64,000 nt of DNA from the human T2T-CHM13v2.0 reference genome, Homo sapiens: contig CP068257.2 in the NCBI GenBank assembly GCA_009914755.4, positions 39,424,001-39,488,000 of the forward strand. The letters run 5' to 3'. The notes beneath the pieces were generated by a model. That model saw nothing but the letters and a program-made list of their open reading frames with translations, had not been told where the DNA came from and ran no database searches. The stretch's first letter is position 1. Each line of letters starts with the position of its first letter. The position numbers and the translations under genes were made by a program. Positions 40,191 through 55,819 of this stretch are shown here, one piece after another.

Positions 40191-41086
40191 CAGGAACCCA
40201 GGACCCGATGAATCGTGGGTGCAAAAGGGGCGGTAACACCGTAGCCCTCCCACCCTCCACCGGTACTGGGTGGCTGCCCCGTGTGATGGGAAGCAGCGGT
40301 GGCCAGGCCAGCCCAGGGGCTGCGGGCTGCCCCAGGGTGGCAGGACCCAACGGGCTGGGACACGCCTCCGTTTGCGAAGCGTGCAGATGGTGGGAATGAA
40401 TGAACTGTAACACGAACATTGTTATTTTATCCAGAATCAGACACCTCGAAGAAGCTGCGACCCTTCTGGGGCCCAGACCTCAGGACTCCCTGAGCCAGAG
40501 CCGTGACCCACTGTATCACCCCCTTGGAGCTCCACAGTGGCTGTCGTCTCTGAGTTTTTAGGCACCACCATGCTCCCCTTATCTAGATGCTGGCTCCCAA
40601 GGCGGACGCCGCTTGTGGTATGCCTGGTCCAGCCACAGCCTCACACGGAGCCAGCGCTGTGCCAGCACCTGGAGCTGTCGGCCCCGCCACAGCAGCGCGT
40701 GCCTGACCCACCCTTGGCAGGTGTGAGATCTGGGCCGCAGGCACAAGCCGAATGCAGCCTGCCTGGCGAGTGGGAGGGGCAAGTGCAGCGGTGAGCCCGG
40801 AGCCCAGCAAAGCCTGGGCAGGAGCACCACCAGCTGTGGACATTTCCAGCTGAAGAAGGGGAACCCAAAGAATCCTGTGTCAGCATCATGACCTGGCGTG
40901 ACCCGTGCCTCCTCTTTCCTCAGGATTCTCTGGAGGTCACCTCTTCTCCCCTGAGTGGAGTTCCTGCTTGCCGTGAACCACCAGTGCACCCCGGACTAAG
41001 CTCACTCCTCAGCTCCCCTCTTCCTTCCTCTGGCCCACGCTGACCTCTTTCTGGTCTTTATTGCCCAGAAAGAAACCAATAGGCAG

Positions 41087-41382
41087 GGCACGGTGGCTCA
41101 CGCTTGTAATCCCAGCACATTGGAAGGCCGAGGCAGGCGGATCACCTGAGGTCAGGAGTTTGACACCAGCCTGGCCAACGTGGTGAAACCCCGTCTCTAC
41201 TAAAAATACAAAAATTAGCCGGGCATGGTGGCAGGCACCTGTAGTCCCAGCTACTCAGGAGGCTGAGGCAGGAGAATCATAGGAACCTGGGAGGCGGAGG
41301 TTGTAGTGAGCCAAGATCATGCCACTGCACTCCAGCCTGGGCAACAGAGCGAGACTCCAACTCAAAGAAAAAAAAAAAAAGG
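41087..41382 (+). mobile_element. Full-length Alu
   Basis: GGCAGGGCACGGTGGCTCACGCTTGTAATCCCAGCACATTGGAAGGCCGAGG...poly-A; target-site duplication AAACCAATA on both sides. Confidence 0.95.
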
Positions 41383-41451
41383 AAACCAATAATTTGTGGA
41401 AGGATCAAAGAAGGTTGGAGGACTACAAGGTCCTCTAGAGAGATCCTTTAA

Positions 41452-41718
<267 letters not shown>

Positions 41719-41754
41719 AAAAATATCCTTTTAACAATAGAAACTACGGGTCCA

Positions 41755-42135
41755 TCCCTGTATTATTCTGCTTCGGCTGCTGTAACAAACAACCACGGAG
41801 CAGGGGAGCTTACGCAGCAGACACTGACTGTCTCAGCATTCTGGAGGCTGGAGGTCCAAGATCAAGGGGTCAGCAGGTCGTTTCTCCTGAGCCCCCCTCC
41901 TTGGCTTTGCAATGGCCACCTTCTCCCTGCATCTTTACAGGGTCATCCCTCTGTGTCCTGATCTCTTCTTACAAGGATTCCAGTCAGACTGGGTTAAGGC
42001 CCACTCTGATGGTCTCACGTTTTACTCAATTGCCTCTTAAAAGACTATACCTCCAAATATAGTGACATCTGAGGTACTGGAGGTCAGGACTTCAACATAT
42101 GAATTGGGGACCAGAGAACGGGGAGGACAATTCAG
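41755..42135 (-). mobile_element. MLT1-family MaLR LTR (reverse orientation)
   Basis: Reverse complement of the MLT1 consensus: GCTGCTGTAACAAACAACCAC...CAGCATTCTGGAGGCTGGAGGTCCAAGATCAAGGGGTCAGCAGG...CTTACAAGGATTCCAGTCAGACTGGGTTAAGGCCCACTCTGATGGTCTCA...CTCCAAATATAGTGACATCTGAGGTACTGGAGGTCAGGACTTCAACATATGAATTGGGGACC...CAGCCCCTAACA. Confidence 0.65.
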
Positions 42136-42176
42136 CCCCTAACAATCCCCAAGCAAAATGTAATACAAAAAAAATA

Positions 42177-42513
<337 letters not shown>

Positions 42514-44224
42514 TTCAGAGAGCCCCCTGGGCAGTGTGCCTGAGTTATGCAAAGCTGTAGGTCGAATGTAGCACAACCTTCTAGAGAGTCCGTTTTACCT
42601 CCCAACATGTTGAGCCTAGAAAAAAAAAATTGTAAACAGCATATTTTGGAGAATTCAAATTTTGAATAAAATTTTACTATTAAAACACAAGACTTCAGAA
42701 CAAAATTTGTACTGGCCTCAGGCCATCCTAAGCTGGGTTTTTAGTGGCATAAGTTCTTGGGTAAAACTACGCAAAAGAAAAACTACGTATAGTTTTGTGA
42801 ACACTATGTTGGTGGAGGAGTTCAGAGAGGCCCTGAGTCTTTCTCCAAAGAGTACTCATTTCCAGTGTCCTCGTTTCTTAATGCGTGTTATTTTCATAAG
42901 CAAAACAGAGGTCCCAGAGCTCCCTGGGGTGTAAATGATGTTGAAGGATTGTTGGGGTTGAAATAGGCTGAAATTTTTCTACTCAGGCAGAGTTCATGTC
43001 TTAAATCATATCCCCAGGGTGCAGTTAATTTATTTTAATTGATGGGAGCTTTTTACGTTTTCTGAAGAGCTCCATCTGAGAATGAGGTTGATGATGGAGG
43101 CAGAACCAGCCAACTCTTACCGAGAGGGACACGTTTCTACAGGCATTTGTGATGGAATCTGACAGAAACCCTCTCAGAAGAATGCATCCCCAATTAAACT
43201 TTGTTATGACTAAAACCCACGTTTTTAAAAAAATTAGCCTAAGAGGGAATGCATGATACTTTTATGGAAATGTTTAAGTAATTAGTAGATATTAGTAATA
43301 TGAATAAATGGAAATTTATGCCCTGATCCTTGTGCAAATAGCATAATATAGTATACCTAATATAGTAGATACACCAATTAACCAGCTTAATATTGTAGAT
43401 ATACCAATTATCTCTAAATTAATCTGTATATTTAATGCAATCTTAATATTTCAGGTGATTTTTAAATGAATTCAACACAATAATTCCAAAATTACATATA
43501 AAAAGCCACAAGTGACTAAACTGATTTTGAAAATGAAGACTAAAGATAAGGATCACGGTGGACTTAACTTGATAAAACTATTGTAATAAGAGCAATATGG
43601 TTCTGCACAGATTTGGACAAATAGATCAATGAGACCCCTGAAGGAGCTCAGGGATAGTCTTGCACCAACTTTGTGTATAATGAAGGCAGCACCATAGTAC
43701 AGTGCAAAGAGAAGAGATTGTTTAGTAGATGATTTGCAAGAAATTGAATCACTATGGAGAAAAATAAAGCTTTATTCCCAGCTGACGTCATCAAAACATT
43801 TAAACTCCAGACAGCTTAAAAACCTAAAAGTTGAAAGTAATTGCAAAGATATAGGAAAGGTCTTTGTGACCCAAAATTAGCACAAGATTGTTTAAACAAG
43901 TACCAAAAAGAACAAGCCATGAAGTTATTTATTAATGGGTCAATTCAATGCAGCAAAATTAAGGCTTTTGGTTTAGGGACAAATGCTAAAAACTAAGTTA
44001 CCAGACACATGACAGATTAGGAGATTTGCCTCATCAAAAATCAACAGCATATTAATATTTAGAATGTACACTCTTATAAATCAGCAAGAAGAAAATTTAT
44101 AGAAAATTGAAATTCTATAGAAAACAAAAACATGACTAAGAACCTACAGAAGGGTATGTGTAAGCAGGTATAGAAATCAGTGGTGATCAAAGTAACACAA
44201 ATAAAACCTACTATGGTTCATTTG

Positions 44225-44590
44225 TGATGCTATAACAAAACACCTGAGATTGGATAATTTATGAAGAACAGAAATTTCTTTCTCACAGTTCTGGAAGCTA
44301 AGATCCAGACACCAGCTGTTTCAGCATCTGATGGGATCCCTGTCTCTGCCTCCAAGATGGCCCTTTTGTTGCTGTACCCTCTGCAGGAAAGGAATGCTGT
44401 GTCCTCACATAACAGAAGAGATAGAAGGAGGAAAATTGGCCACCTCAAGCTTCTTATAAGGCACCAATCTCATTTCACGAAGGGAGAGCCCTCATAGCCT
44501 AATCACCTCCTGAAGGCCCCACCTCGTAATACTACTGTTTGGGCAGTTTTGTTTCAACATGACTTTTGGAGAGACCCTATCATTCAAACT
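44225..44590 (-). mobile_element. MLT1-family MaLR LTR (reverse orientation)
   Basis: TGCTATAACAAAACACCTGAGATTGGATAATTTATGAAGAACAGAAATTTCTTTCTCACAGTTCTGGAAGCTAAGATCCAGACACCAGC...CTTCTTATAAGGCACCAATCTCATTTCACGAAGGGAGAGCCCTCATAGCCTAATCACCTCCTGAAGGCCCCACCTCGTAATACTACTGTTTGGGCAGTTTTGTTTCAACATGACTTTTGGAGAGACCC. Confidence 0.65.
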
Positions 44591-45049
44591 AGTGCAAAAT
44601 TACAATGGCAGACCACTTTATATACGTCATGAATAATATCAAGAATTGGAAAAGATGGGAGGAGGCAGAAACCCACTCTACGATGCTCCTTCTACAAGGC
44701 ACATGAATACTTCAGAACACATAATAAACACTTTGGAGAGAGCGGCTATGAGAGGTGTAGGAGAGGCAGAGCTGGTACAAGGGGGAAGGGCAAATAAAAA
44801 GGAGCCCTGCACACCACAGTGATGCCAGTGTGCCATGATCTTAGGGCTATGAGGACCCAATTCTGCCCTAAAGATCAAAAGAACAACTGGAGGAATTTTA
44901 TACACGATTGATAGTTATCAATGATGTAAACATTTCCTTAATTACAAGCATCACAGACTGCCAGATCCACCCAAATCCCTCTGTGTCTTCCTAGGTATAT
45001 GAGAAATCTCTACACTTCCTACCTACCTTCTTTTGCAGTTTGGTTGGGA

Positions 45050-46260
45050 CATCTGACTGGGGTCTGGTCAATGAATGTGTCAGAGGTGTTTAAACCAGAG
45101 TGACTCCATCTGGAATAGGGACTGGGTAAAATAAGGCTGAGACTTGCTGGGCTGCATTCCCAGGAGGTTAGGCAGGATGAGATAGGAGGTCGGCACAAGA
45201 TACAGTTCATAAAGACCTTGCTGATAAAACAGTTTGCAGTAAAGGAGCTGGCCAAAACCCACAAAACCAATAAGGCAAGGAAAGTGACCTGTGGTCATCC
45301 TCACTGCTCATGCATTAACATGTTAAAAGACACTCTCTCCAGCACCATGACAGTTTACAAATGCCAAGGCAGTGTCCAAAAGTTACCCTATATGGTCTAA
45401 AAAGGGAGGAACCCTCAGTTCTGGGAATTGCCCACCCCTTTCCTGGAAAGCTCATGAATAATCCATTCCTTGTTTAGCATATAATCAAGAAATCACCATA
45501 AAAGCGGGCAAACAGCAGCCCTCAGGGCGGCTCTCCCTATGGAGTAGCCATTTTTTATTCCTTTACTTTCTTAGTAAACTTGCTTTCACTTGACTCCATG
45601 GATTCACCCCAAATTCTTTCTTGAATGAGACCCAAGATCCCTCTCTTGGGGTCTGCATCAGGACCCCTTTCTGGTAACAAGTGTGGGTGAAATGCCGCTT
45701 CCACCTGGCTCTGAAGCATCTCATGTTGTCTTCCATGCTCCATCTCTCCCAACCATGAGGCTAAACATGAAGAACTCTAAGACGGCAGAACCACTTGAAG
45801 AAAATGTCAATGAAAACATATCTGAAACAGGTCTCAGTCGAGAAGTTTATTTTGCCAAGGTTAAGGATGTGCCTGTGACACAGCCTCAGGAGATCCTGAT
45901 GACATTTACCCACGGTGGTCAGAGCACAGCTTGGTTTTATACATTTTATGGAGACATAAGGCACCAATCAATATATGTAAGATATGCATTGGTTTGATCC
46001 AGAAAGGCAAGGACAACTGGAAGCAAGGTCTTTCAGGCCATAGGTGGATTCAAAGATTTTCTGGTTGGCAATTGGGTAAAAGAGTTATTATCAATAGAAA
46101 GGAATGTCAGGTTTATGATAACAGTTGTGGAGACCAAGGTTTTATTATACAGATGAAGCTTCCAGGTAGCAGGCTTCAGAGAGAATAAATTGCAAATGTT
46201 TCTTATCAGACTTAAAGTCTGTTATATCAGTAATTACAAAAGGGAGTAGGGGATAATGAG
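45050..46260 (+). mobile_element. Probable ERV LTR-derived sequence (family unresolved)
   Basis: LTR-like signals: ...GATAGGAGGTCGGCACAAGATACAGTTCATAAAGACCTTGCTGATAAAACAGTTTGCAGTAAAGGAGCTGGCCAAAACCCACAAAACCAA...TTACCCTATATGGTCTAAAAAGGGAGGAACCCTCAGTTCTGGGAATTGCCCACCCCTTTCCTGGAAAGCTCATGAATAATCCATTCCTTGTTTAGCATATAATCAAG...CTTAGTAAACTTGCTTTCACTTGACTCCATGG...GGACCCCTTTCTGGTAACA, then ...GGTGGATTCAAAGATTTTCTGGTTGGCAATTGGGTAAAAGAGTTATTATCAA...; recognised as ERV-LTR-like from memory but not placed in a family. Confidence 0.3.
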
Positions 46261-46924
46261 GCATGTCAGCTCCCACTTCCCATCATGGCCTGAACTCATG
46301 GTTCAGGTTAACTTTGGAATGCCTTTGCCAAGACAAGGGGTCTATTGAAATGGTTAGGGGACTTAGATTTTTAATTTTGATTAAGAAAAGGAACCTGGAT
46401 TCTTCAATTAGCACATGTAGGAGAACCACCCAAGAAAGCCACCTAACCTCATTAGACTCTTGTGAGTAAGAAATAAAATGACTTTGAGCCACCGGGATTT
46501 AGGAGTTGTTTGTTTTAACACTTAGTCTCTCCAGACTAGAATAGTACTCTGTCAAAGGTAGTTTCAGCCTCATCATTGAAAATAAATAAATAAGGCCTAG
46601 CTGCATACCTAGCACCAGGTGAGTTTGGAATCATGAGAGACTAAGAGAAATTCACGCTATGATGATTCAATTTTTAGGAAGCAAATTAGAAGTGTCTCTT
46701 CCTTCACACCATGGCAACGCTCCAGCATGCAGTCCTCATTAATAGAGCATGGGCTTCTGAGGCTGAATAGAGCAGAAAGGCATTTGCTAACCCAGTCTTC
46801 CTCAAGAATTCCTCTCATAATCCAAAACATTCTCCAGTGAAGAAGAACTCCTAAAGAAACAGCAGAAGTAGGAGATACTTGAAATTTATTTTGACTTTTT
46901 TTTGGTAGTGGGATTGTTTTGTTT

Positions 46925-48860
<1,936 letters not shown>

Positions 48861-49555
48861 AAATACATTCTCCTTAACTCAGTATGACATTCCTTTCTAA
48901 AATGAAATTCATGAAGAAATAAAGATAGACATATTTCCTAATACTTTACAATACTTAGAGATTCAGATTTTGGATTGGTTCTTGTTAATCCCACTTCCTC
49001 CTCCTTAGGTTTCCACAAATAAGTTAAGTGCACTTTCATTAAACTTTAAAGAGCAGTGTGGAACTTCCAGGATATTTTTCTAAAGAGACTGGTGAACTAT
49101 AGAGAACTCTATAGTGAACTCTTTGACAATCCATGTCTTTTTTCCCTTTTCATCTCATCAACCAGGGATTCTCTTTCCCATTGTTCCCCTAAGCAATCAG
49201 CGTCCAGTCCCAGCAGACCTCACCACTCTCCCCACAAGGCATAGCAGCTCCTGCTCACATCAATCCTAGATAACAGATGAGTCAAGGAACTAGAGATTCA
49301 GCTTCCATCCTGAGGCTTACATCCAAACATTCATCCACAAAAGCAGGTCACTCTCTAGAGAAAGCCTGATGAACCACCTCTTCAGCAATTAACTAAGTTC
49401 AGATGAACTTCAATTCTCAAGGAATCAGAGACTTGTTTAAAAACCACTATAAACAAAATAAGGCAAAAATGAGTTCTCCAAATGATCTTGGACATCCCAG
49501 CCTCCAAAACTGGTAGCAATAAATCTCTATTGCTTATATATTACCCAGTCTGTGG

Positions 49556-49614
49556 TTTTGTTTTTTTGTTGTTGTTGTTGTGTTGTTGTTGTTTTTGTTG
49601 TTGTTGCTGTTTTT
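49556..49614. repeat. (GTT)n simple repeat forming the tail region of the adjacent reverse-strand Alu
   Basis: TTTGTTTTTTTGTTGTTGTTGTTGTGTTGTTGTTGTTTTTGTTGTTGTTGCTGTTTTTGAG. Confidence 0.9.
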
Positions 49615-49897
49615 GAGACGGAGTCTCGTTCTGTTGCCCAGGCTAGAGTCCAGTGGCACAATCTCGGCTCATTACAACATTCGCCTCCCAGGTTCAAGCA
49701 ATTCTCCTGCCTCAGCCTCTTGAGTCGCTGGGATTACAGGCATGTGCCATGATGCCCGGCTAATTTTTGTATTTTTTAGTAGAGATAGGATTTCACCATG
49801 TTGGCCAGGCTGGTCTCGAACTCCTGACCTCAGGTGATCCACCTGCCTCGGCCTCCCAAAGTGCTGAGATTACAGGCGTGAGCCACCGTGCCTGGCC
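49603..49897 (-). mobile_element. Full-length Alu (reverse orientation)
   Basis: GAGACGGAGTCTCGTTCTGTTGCCCAGGCTAGAGTCCAGTGGCACAATCTCGGCTCATTACAACATTCGCCTCCCAGGTTCAAGCAATTCTCCTGCCTCAGCC...CCTCCCAAAGTGCTGAGATTACAGGCGTGAGCCACCGTGCCTGGCC; short target-site duplication CTGTGGT. Confidence 0.95.
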
Positions 49898-50268
49898 TGT
49901 GGTATTTTTTAATAGCAACCTGAACAGAGTAAGACAGATGGGAAACAAAGATATGATTAGCATCCATGTAACTTTAATAATAATAAAGAAGGAAAAACTG
50001 AAGAGACACAACATACGAGAGAAGTTTTCTGAAATGGAACCTAACCTTCAAGAAGGAATTAAATGTTTATTAAAATTGTAAAATATATGTGCAATAATAT
50101 TAAGATACTGCCAGCCCAAACTGACACAGACAGCTGCTTATCAAATCCTGACACATAACAGCATTTGTGTCTAGTAGTTTGTGTGTCTCACCACCACTTT
50201 TATCCTGGCAGGAGCATCATGAAACAAGGTAACTCCAATGTCCTCAGCCTAAGAAAACAGGGCTTGTA

Positions 50269-50683
<415 letters not shown>

Positions 50684-52812
50684 TCAACCCACTTAATGTC
50701 CATTGGGACAGACATGAAGGAGGTGGACAGGACATGGTTTCATGTGATGTGACACTGTCACGAAGACAGAACCATTGTCCATTGTCCGTTCCAGTGCAAC
50801 TAGATCATGATCATGCTGATTAACAATTTATGGACAAGAAAATACAAGGAATCAGGAGTAGGGTAAATAGGAATCGTTTGAATACTGAAAGGCAATAGGT
50901 CATATGTTTCTAAACTGTAAAGCCTTGAAATGTAGAATGCCTGTGGGTTTGCCAGCAAGTTCCAGCCATGCTCGGAGGGAGACAGCCTCCACGGAGGCAG
51001 GGTCTCGGGAGCAGCTGGGAGATGCTTCCTGTGTGCGGGTGTGGGTAAGAGAGAAGAGAGGTTAAATGGGAACATATGGCGGAAGATTAAACAACATCCC
51101 TCTAATCCCCAATTGTCTGGCTGCCCCTGCTGTAATTACATGCCATCAGATTCAAAGGCCACCAGATGTTCAAGGCCTAAACCAGGAATTACCCACTTGG
51201 CCACTATCTTGTGAATGAGGGCTTTGACTGGAAGGGCAAAGCTGCATTTAAATTGAACAAGACAGGAGCATTTTTAGATTTGTCCACAGTAAGTGAGAGA
51301 AGGGTGGGAAACCAGAGCATTAACCATTTCCTTTCCAACAGAGAACCACAGGCTGATGAGCATGAACTTAATTACGATAAAGGTATCTGTTTAGATTGTT
51401 CCCTGGTAAACTCTCACTGCTCTGTTGAGCTCATAGAATTCTCACTTCAGTTGTTAACTCAAAAGACAAAGTTTATCTCATCAGCTATTGTTTTCCTTGA
51501 TGCACCAGTAAATAAGGCTTTTCTTCATTAAAAAAATTTAAAAAACAAAAGCCGCTCCCTGTTTCCTTTAAACAGAAGCATAATATACGATGTGGTCAAT
51601 AAGAAGGGGCCCTCTTATTTGTGCTTCATTGATTTTCATAATTATTTCCAGGAGTTGATTTAAGCCAGGTGCCGGGAGAAGGGCTATCTCCCAACACTAA
51701 GAGTGACAGCTGAGATAGATCTATCTGTCCTCCTGATTTTAAAGTGTCACGTAATCATGAAACTAAGTTAAGTACCCAGGGTCAAAGGTCTGATTCTCAT
51801 TAATTTGGTGTGAAATTCTACTAAGCAAACAGTCTTTCCCACAGACAGAGCCTAGGTCCTCAACTCTAGCTGTTCTTGACACAGGCTCATCTTGGGTTTA
51901 CTTCTGAGGGTACCAAAGAATGTGCGACGAGGGAGGACTAGTGCTGTCAAATGTTAAAACACCCGACCTTCAAATAATTAGGAATGTTTCAGACTGGATG
52001 TACTAGTTTCCTAATGCATTGCAACTAATTACCACCAACCTGGTGGCTTAACATAACAGAATTGTATTCCCTCACGGCTCTAGGCACATAAGTGCAAAGG
52101 GAAGGTGTCAACAGGGCCACACTCCCTCTGAAACCCGCAGAGCAGAATCCTTCCTGCCTCTTCCAGTTTCTGGTGGCTGCCAGCATTCCTGGGCTTATGG
52201 ATGGCTCCAGTCTCTGTGTCGGTCTTTCCCTGGCTTCTTTCCTGTGTCCCTCCCTGTCTCATCTCCTTTTCTGTCTCTCATAAAAACACCTGTCATTGAA
52301 TGTAGGGCGTATCCTGATTGAAAATGATTTCTTTCCAGAGTCATCTGCAAAGTCTCTTATTCTAAGTGAAGTCATATTCTGAGGCTCTGAAAGGGCATCT
52401 CTTTTGGAGACCACTAGCAAGCCCATTACACTGGAAAAGCTATACATAAATAAAACAAAATTAGGAATCTATAAATAAAAACAATTTCCTATTGAAATTT
52501 AGTTCATAAATTAAAGTGACATTTCAAATAAATGGGAAACAGAGGAGTTATAAATAAAGGATAATATAAAAATTGGCTGTTTGGAAAATAATAAAACTAG
52601 GTTACCACCTCATTTCTTATCCCAAAACTAAATTGCAGATGGATAAAACATTTTTATAGGAAAAAAATCATAAACATTCTAAAAGAAAAGATGGATACAT
52701 GAATTGGTCATCTAGGCATAATCCAAAGGCCAGAAGTCATGAAGTAAAGATGGACACACAGAAATGTAAAATTCTATTTTTTAAAAAGTCACTGAAAAAG
52801 TGCTTAAAAGCT

Positions 52813-52925
52813 GCTCAGGAGGCTGAGACAGGAGAGTCACTTGAACCCGGAGGGCGGAGCTTGCAGTGAACCGAGATCACGGCACTGCACTCCAGCCTGG
52901 GCGACAGAGCGAGATTCTCTCTCAA
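52813..52925 (+). mobile_element. Alu right-arm fragment with an A/AAAG tail
   Basis: GCTGCTCAGGAGGCTGAGACAGGAGAGTCACTTGAACCCGGAGGGCGGAGCTTGCAGTGAACCGAGATCACGGCACTGCACTCCAGCCTGGGCGACAGAGCGAGATTCTCTCTCAAAACAAAAAAAAAGAAAGAAAGAAAAAG. Confidence 0.85.
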
Positions 52926-53069
52926 AACAAAAAAAAAGAAAGAAAGAAAAAGAACATGACTGAAAAAGAGTTAATTTTCTTTATTTATAGAACTTATACA
53001 AATTAGTAAGCAAAGTCTAACAGCCCAATTTTTAAATGATCAAATAATAAGAATAAGGATTTCATAAAG

Positions 53070-53690
53070 AAATATATACAAATGGCCAATAAATATATGA
53101 AATGAGGAAATCAAATAATGGAACATCATTATTCTTCCATAATATAGGAAAAAATAATTGCTGCTCAGTGCTGGCAAGAATGTGAGGAAACGGGTGTTCC
53201 AGTACTCCATCGATGAAAGTATAAACTGGTGCAAACTTTCTGGAGTGAAATTCAATAGTAACTTTCAAAATGTTTTAATGTATAAGCTACTTGAAATTTA
53301 TACCAGTAATGTTGTCCTAAACCTTGATCAAACTACATTTACAAGACTAGTCATTGCAATGAAGCTTATAATGCCTATAAAAATAAAAACTGTAAGCGAC
53401 CAACATGTTCACCAATGAGGAACTGATTAAATAAATCATTTTACCTACAGAGTGAAATAGAAAAAAAAGATATGTAAAAAGAATAAAGGAAACCTATATA
53501 TTCTGAAATTGATAAATCTACAAGATCTTTTATTAAGTGAAAACAATCTAGGCACAAAGCAAAGTCTGTGAATTACGGTCCTTTCTGTGTAATAAATAGA
53601 TGGATGCCAGTATATCTGGAAAGAATTACAAGAAACTTTTAACAATGGAAGCTTTGAGAAGGGTAGAGAGAGGGAGACACTCATGTCATT
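53070..53690 (+). mobile_element. Ancient mammalian-wide L1 (L1M-type) ORF2 C-terminal / 3'UTR fragment
   Basis: ...TACAAATGGCCAATAAATATATGAAA...GCTGGCAAGAATGTGAGGAAACGGGTGTTCCAGTACTCCATCGATGAAAGTATAAACTGGTGCAAACTTTCTGGAGTG...GTGTAATAAATAGATGGATGCCAGTATATCTGGAAAGAATTACAAGAAACTTTTAACAATGGAAGCTTTGAGAAGGGTAGAG matches remembered L1M 3' consensus blocks (GCCAACAAGCACATGAAAAGATG...TGTTGGCGAGGATGTGGAGAAA..GGAACCCTC.TACA.TG.TGGTGGGAATGTAAAATGGTGCAGCCACTATGGAAAACAGT). Confidence 0.6.
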
Positions 53691-55749
53691 GAGTTTGTGT
53701 ATCTAGGAACTAGAGGCAGGTTCAATACTGCCCTCCCAGACATTCCTTCCCTCCACAGGTGTTTCAGATCTGCCATTCTCCCCTAGGCTCTATTTGCAAT
53801 CAAATTTTCTCACGTGGCAGCAAAGTTGATGCTACAATCCCAGCTAACACTCTTCTGCTCCTGAACCAAAATGAAGAGAAAGATATTAAACCTTAGTAAA
53901 ATTTCAACCTTTAGTCTAGAAAATGGCATAGAAGGATTCCAAGACTCAGCTTCAGGAAAGGGCCTATACCTGGCAGCAGTCGCTGTATCCAGGGAGGTGA
54001 CAAGGGGCCTGACTCAGCTTGGGTACTATGCCCCATGGTGGCCAAAGGGCACAAAGCACCATGCCTAAAAGGCTGACAGGTACCCCACCGTAGACTCTAA
54101 CCACATAATTCATCATAAGGGAGTATGTGTCTCTAAATGCAGGAATGCTAGGCAGACAAAAATAATGCATGGCCGGGTTCCATGTCCCCATTGAACTCCC
54201 ACCTCCCCCAGCCACCTCCCCCAGCTCCACACCTCCTGCTGCCTTCTGTGGGACATCCTACTCCAGTGTCAGATGCTAGTTCAGTGCCCTGATAAGCTAA
54301 GCTGTGCGGTCCCAATGCTCCCAGGATGGAGGGTGGAATTCTAAAAAGACTAACATAGAATTCAAGCTGCCTTCTTAGAGGCCTCCAGCTGATTGGAGGC
54401 AGATCCTCAGGTTACTCAAAAATCCAAAAATTATAAAAGTTCAGACCTCAGACCCAGGGTTGAGTGTTTTCTTCCTGGAAGGAGAGAAGCCATCATTTGT
54501 GACCTGGAGGGTCGCTTAATGCTTTTGGCCCACATGTTGCTCCAATGTTTGGAAAACCCTTGTTCTTTCATCATCATGATGTGTCACAACTAGTCATGGA
54601 CGTGTGTCTACCCCATCTTTCCCCATACACAAATCTGACAGCCTCAGTGTGGAGTTCTCAGAGAGCCCTCCCTATAAGACTTCTTTCCAGAGTGAGAACT
54701 CTCCAAAATAATTTTCTTCTAAGGCCCTGTCCTTTGTCCATACCTGCACTCTAATGTCAGGACAAATGGGTAAGAAAACTATTTGATGAGTACCAGTTAC
54801 TCCTTATCAGGCATGTGAGAGAAAGAGTCTATGCACTATAATATTCAATCTATTACCTCATTTTACACATACAAATCTTGACCTAACCTTCGGGCTGACA
54901 TCCTGCCATCCAGCTACCACAGACATTAGCAGTTCTGTTACAGCATCCACTTTCCATGTCAAACCTGACTTCGTATCCATTAAGTATCTCAGGGCCATTC
55001 ACTCATCCATTCATCCTTGAAACAGACATGAATTTCCTTCTCTGTGTGAATTACCATGATGGGAGCTCATAGTGTAGAAATGCCTACAAAAGCCTCTGTC
55101 CTGAGGTAGAGAAAGTCAAGTAGCCGATAACTCTGATAGGAATCAGCCCAGATGCTTTTGGAGGATATATGAGGTAAGCTAACTCACACTCGGCTGGGGT
55201 TGGAGGCATGGGGGGAGCCAGGGAAGACAGCTCCCAGAACATCTGTATGAGTTGAAATTCAGATCAGTAGAAGCTGGCCAAATGACCAAGGTGGGGAAGT
55301 GGTTTCCAGCAGAGACAGTACAACCTGTGGGAGGCAGGAAAACATGAGGGTGCACAACGGGTCTAAAAAGGGTACTAGGTAGACCAGGAGGCTGAAGCCC
55401 AGAGCACAGCCCCGCTTCCCTCATGAACCACAGGAAAGCTTAGCCAGGGACTCCAAGAGTTGTTAGTGAGTGCCCGGGCAATAATTCAGCTGAGAGGAAA
55501 GCTGGTTTTTCTCAAGAGCTCTCAGTCGTCACTTCAACCGCAGCTGTCTGCCCTCAGCCTTGGCCCTCCATGAAGGAGGCTGTCCTTCTAATCCTTCCTA
55601 CACCAAGCTCTGGAGCTGGATCGTATGCAGCATCTGGCCCCTTCAACCGACCCCCACATTAACACACCACATATAATTCCATGGGGACCCAAGGAAGGAA
55701 GGAAGGGCAGCAAGAAACCATTGACTATGAATGGAAGGTGAGAATCCTG

Positions 55750-55819
55750 AAGGAAGGAAGGAAGGAAGGAAGGAAGGAAGGAAGGAAGGAAGGAAGGAAG
55801 GAAGGAAGGGAAGGAACTC
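55750..55819. repeat. (GGAA)n microsatellite, ~16 units
   Basis: GAAGGAAGGAAGGAAGG... read directly; shorter GGAA runs also at 55690-55710. Confidence 0.95.

Noticed and set aside
45676-45690. Possible tandem LTR-LTR junction (...CTGGTAACA | AGTGTGGGTG...)
   Set aside because: An LTR-like end (CA) followed by a TG start could indicate two abutting LTRs. But I cannot assign the family or confirm the LTR boundaries from memory, so a continuous single element is equally likely and the idea was not reported as a finding.
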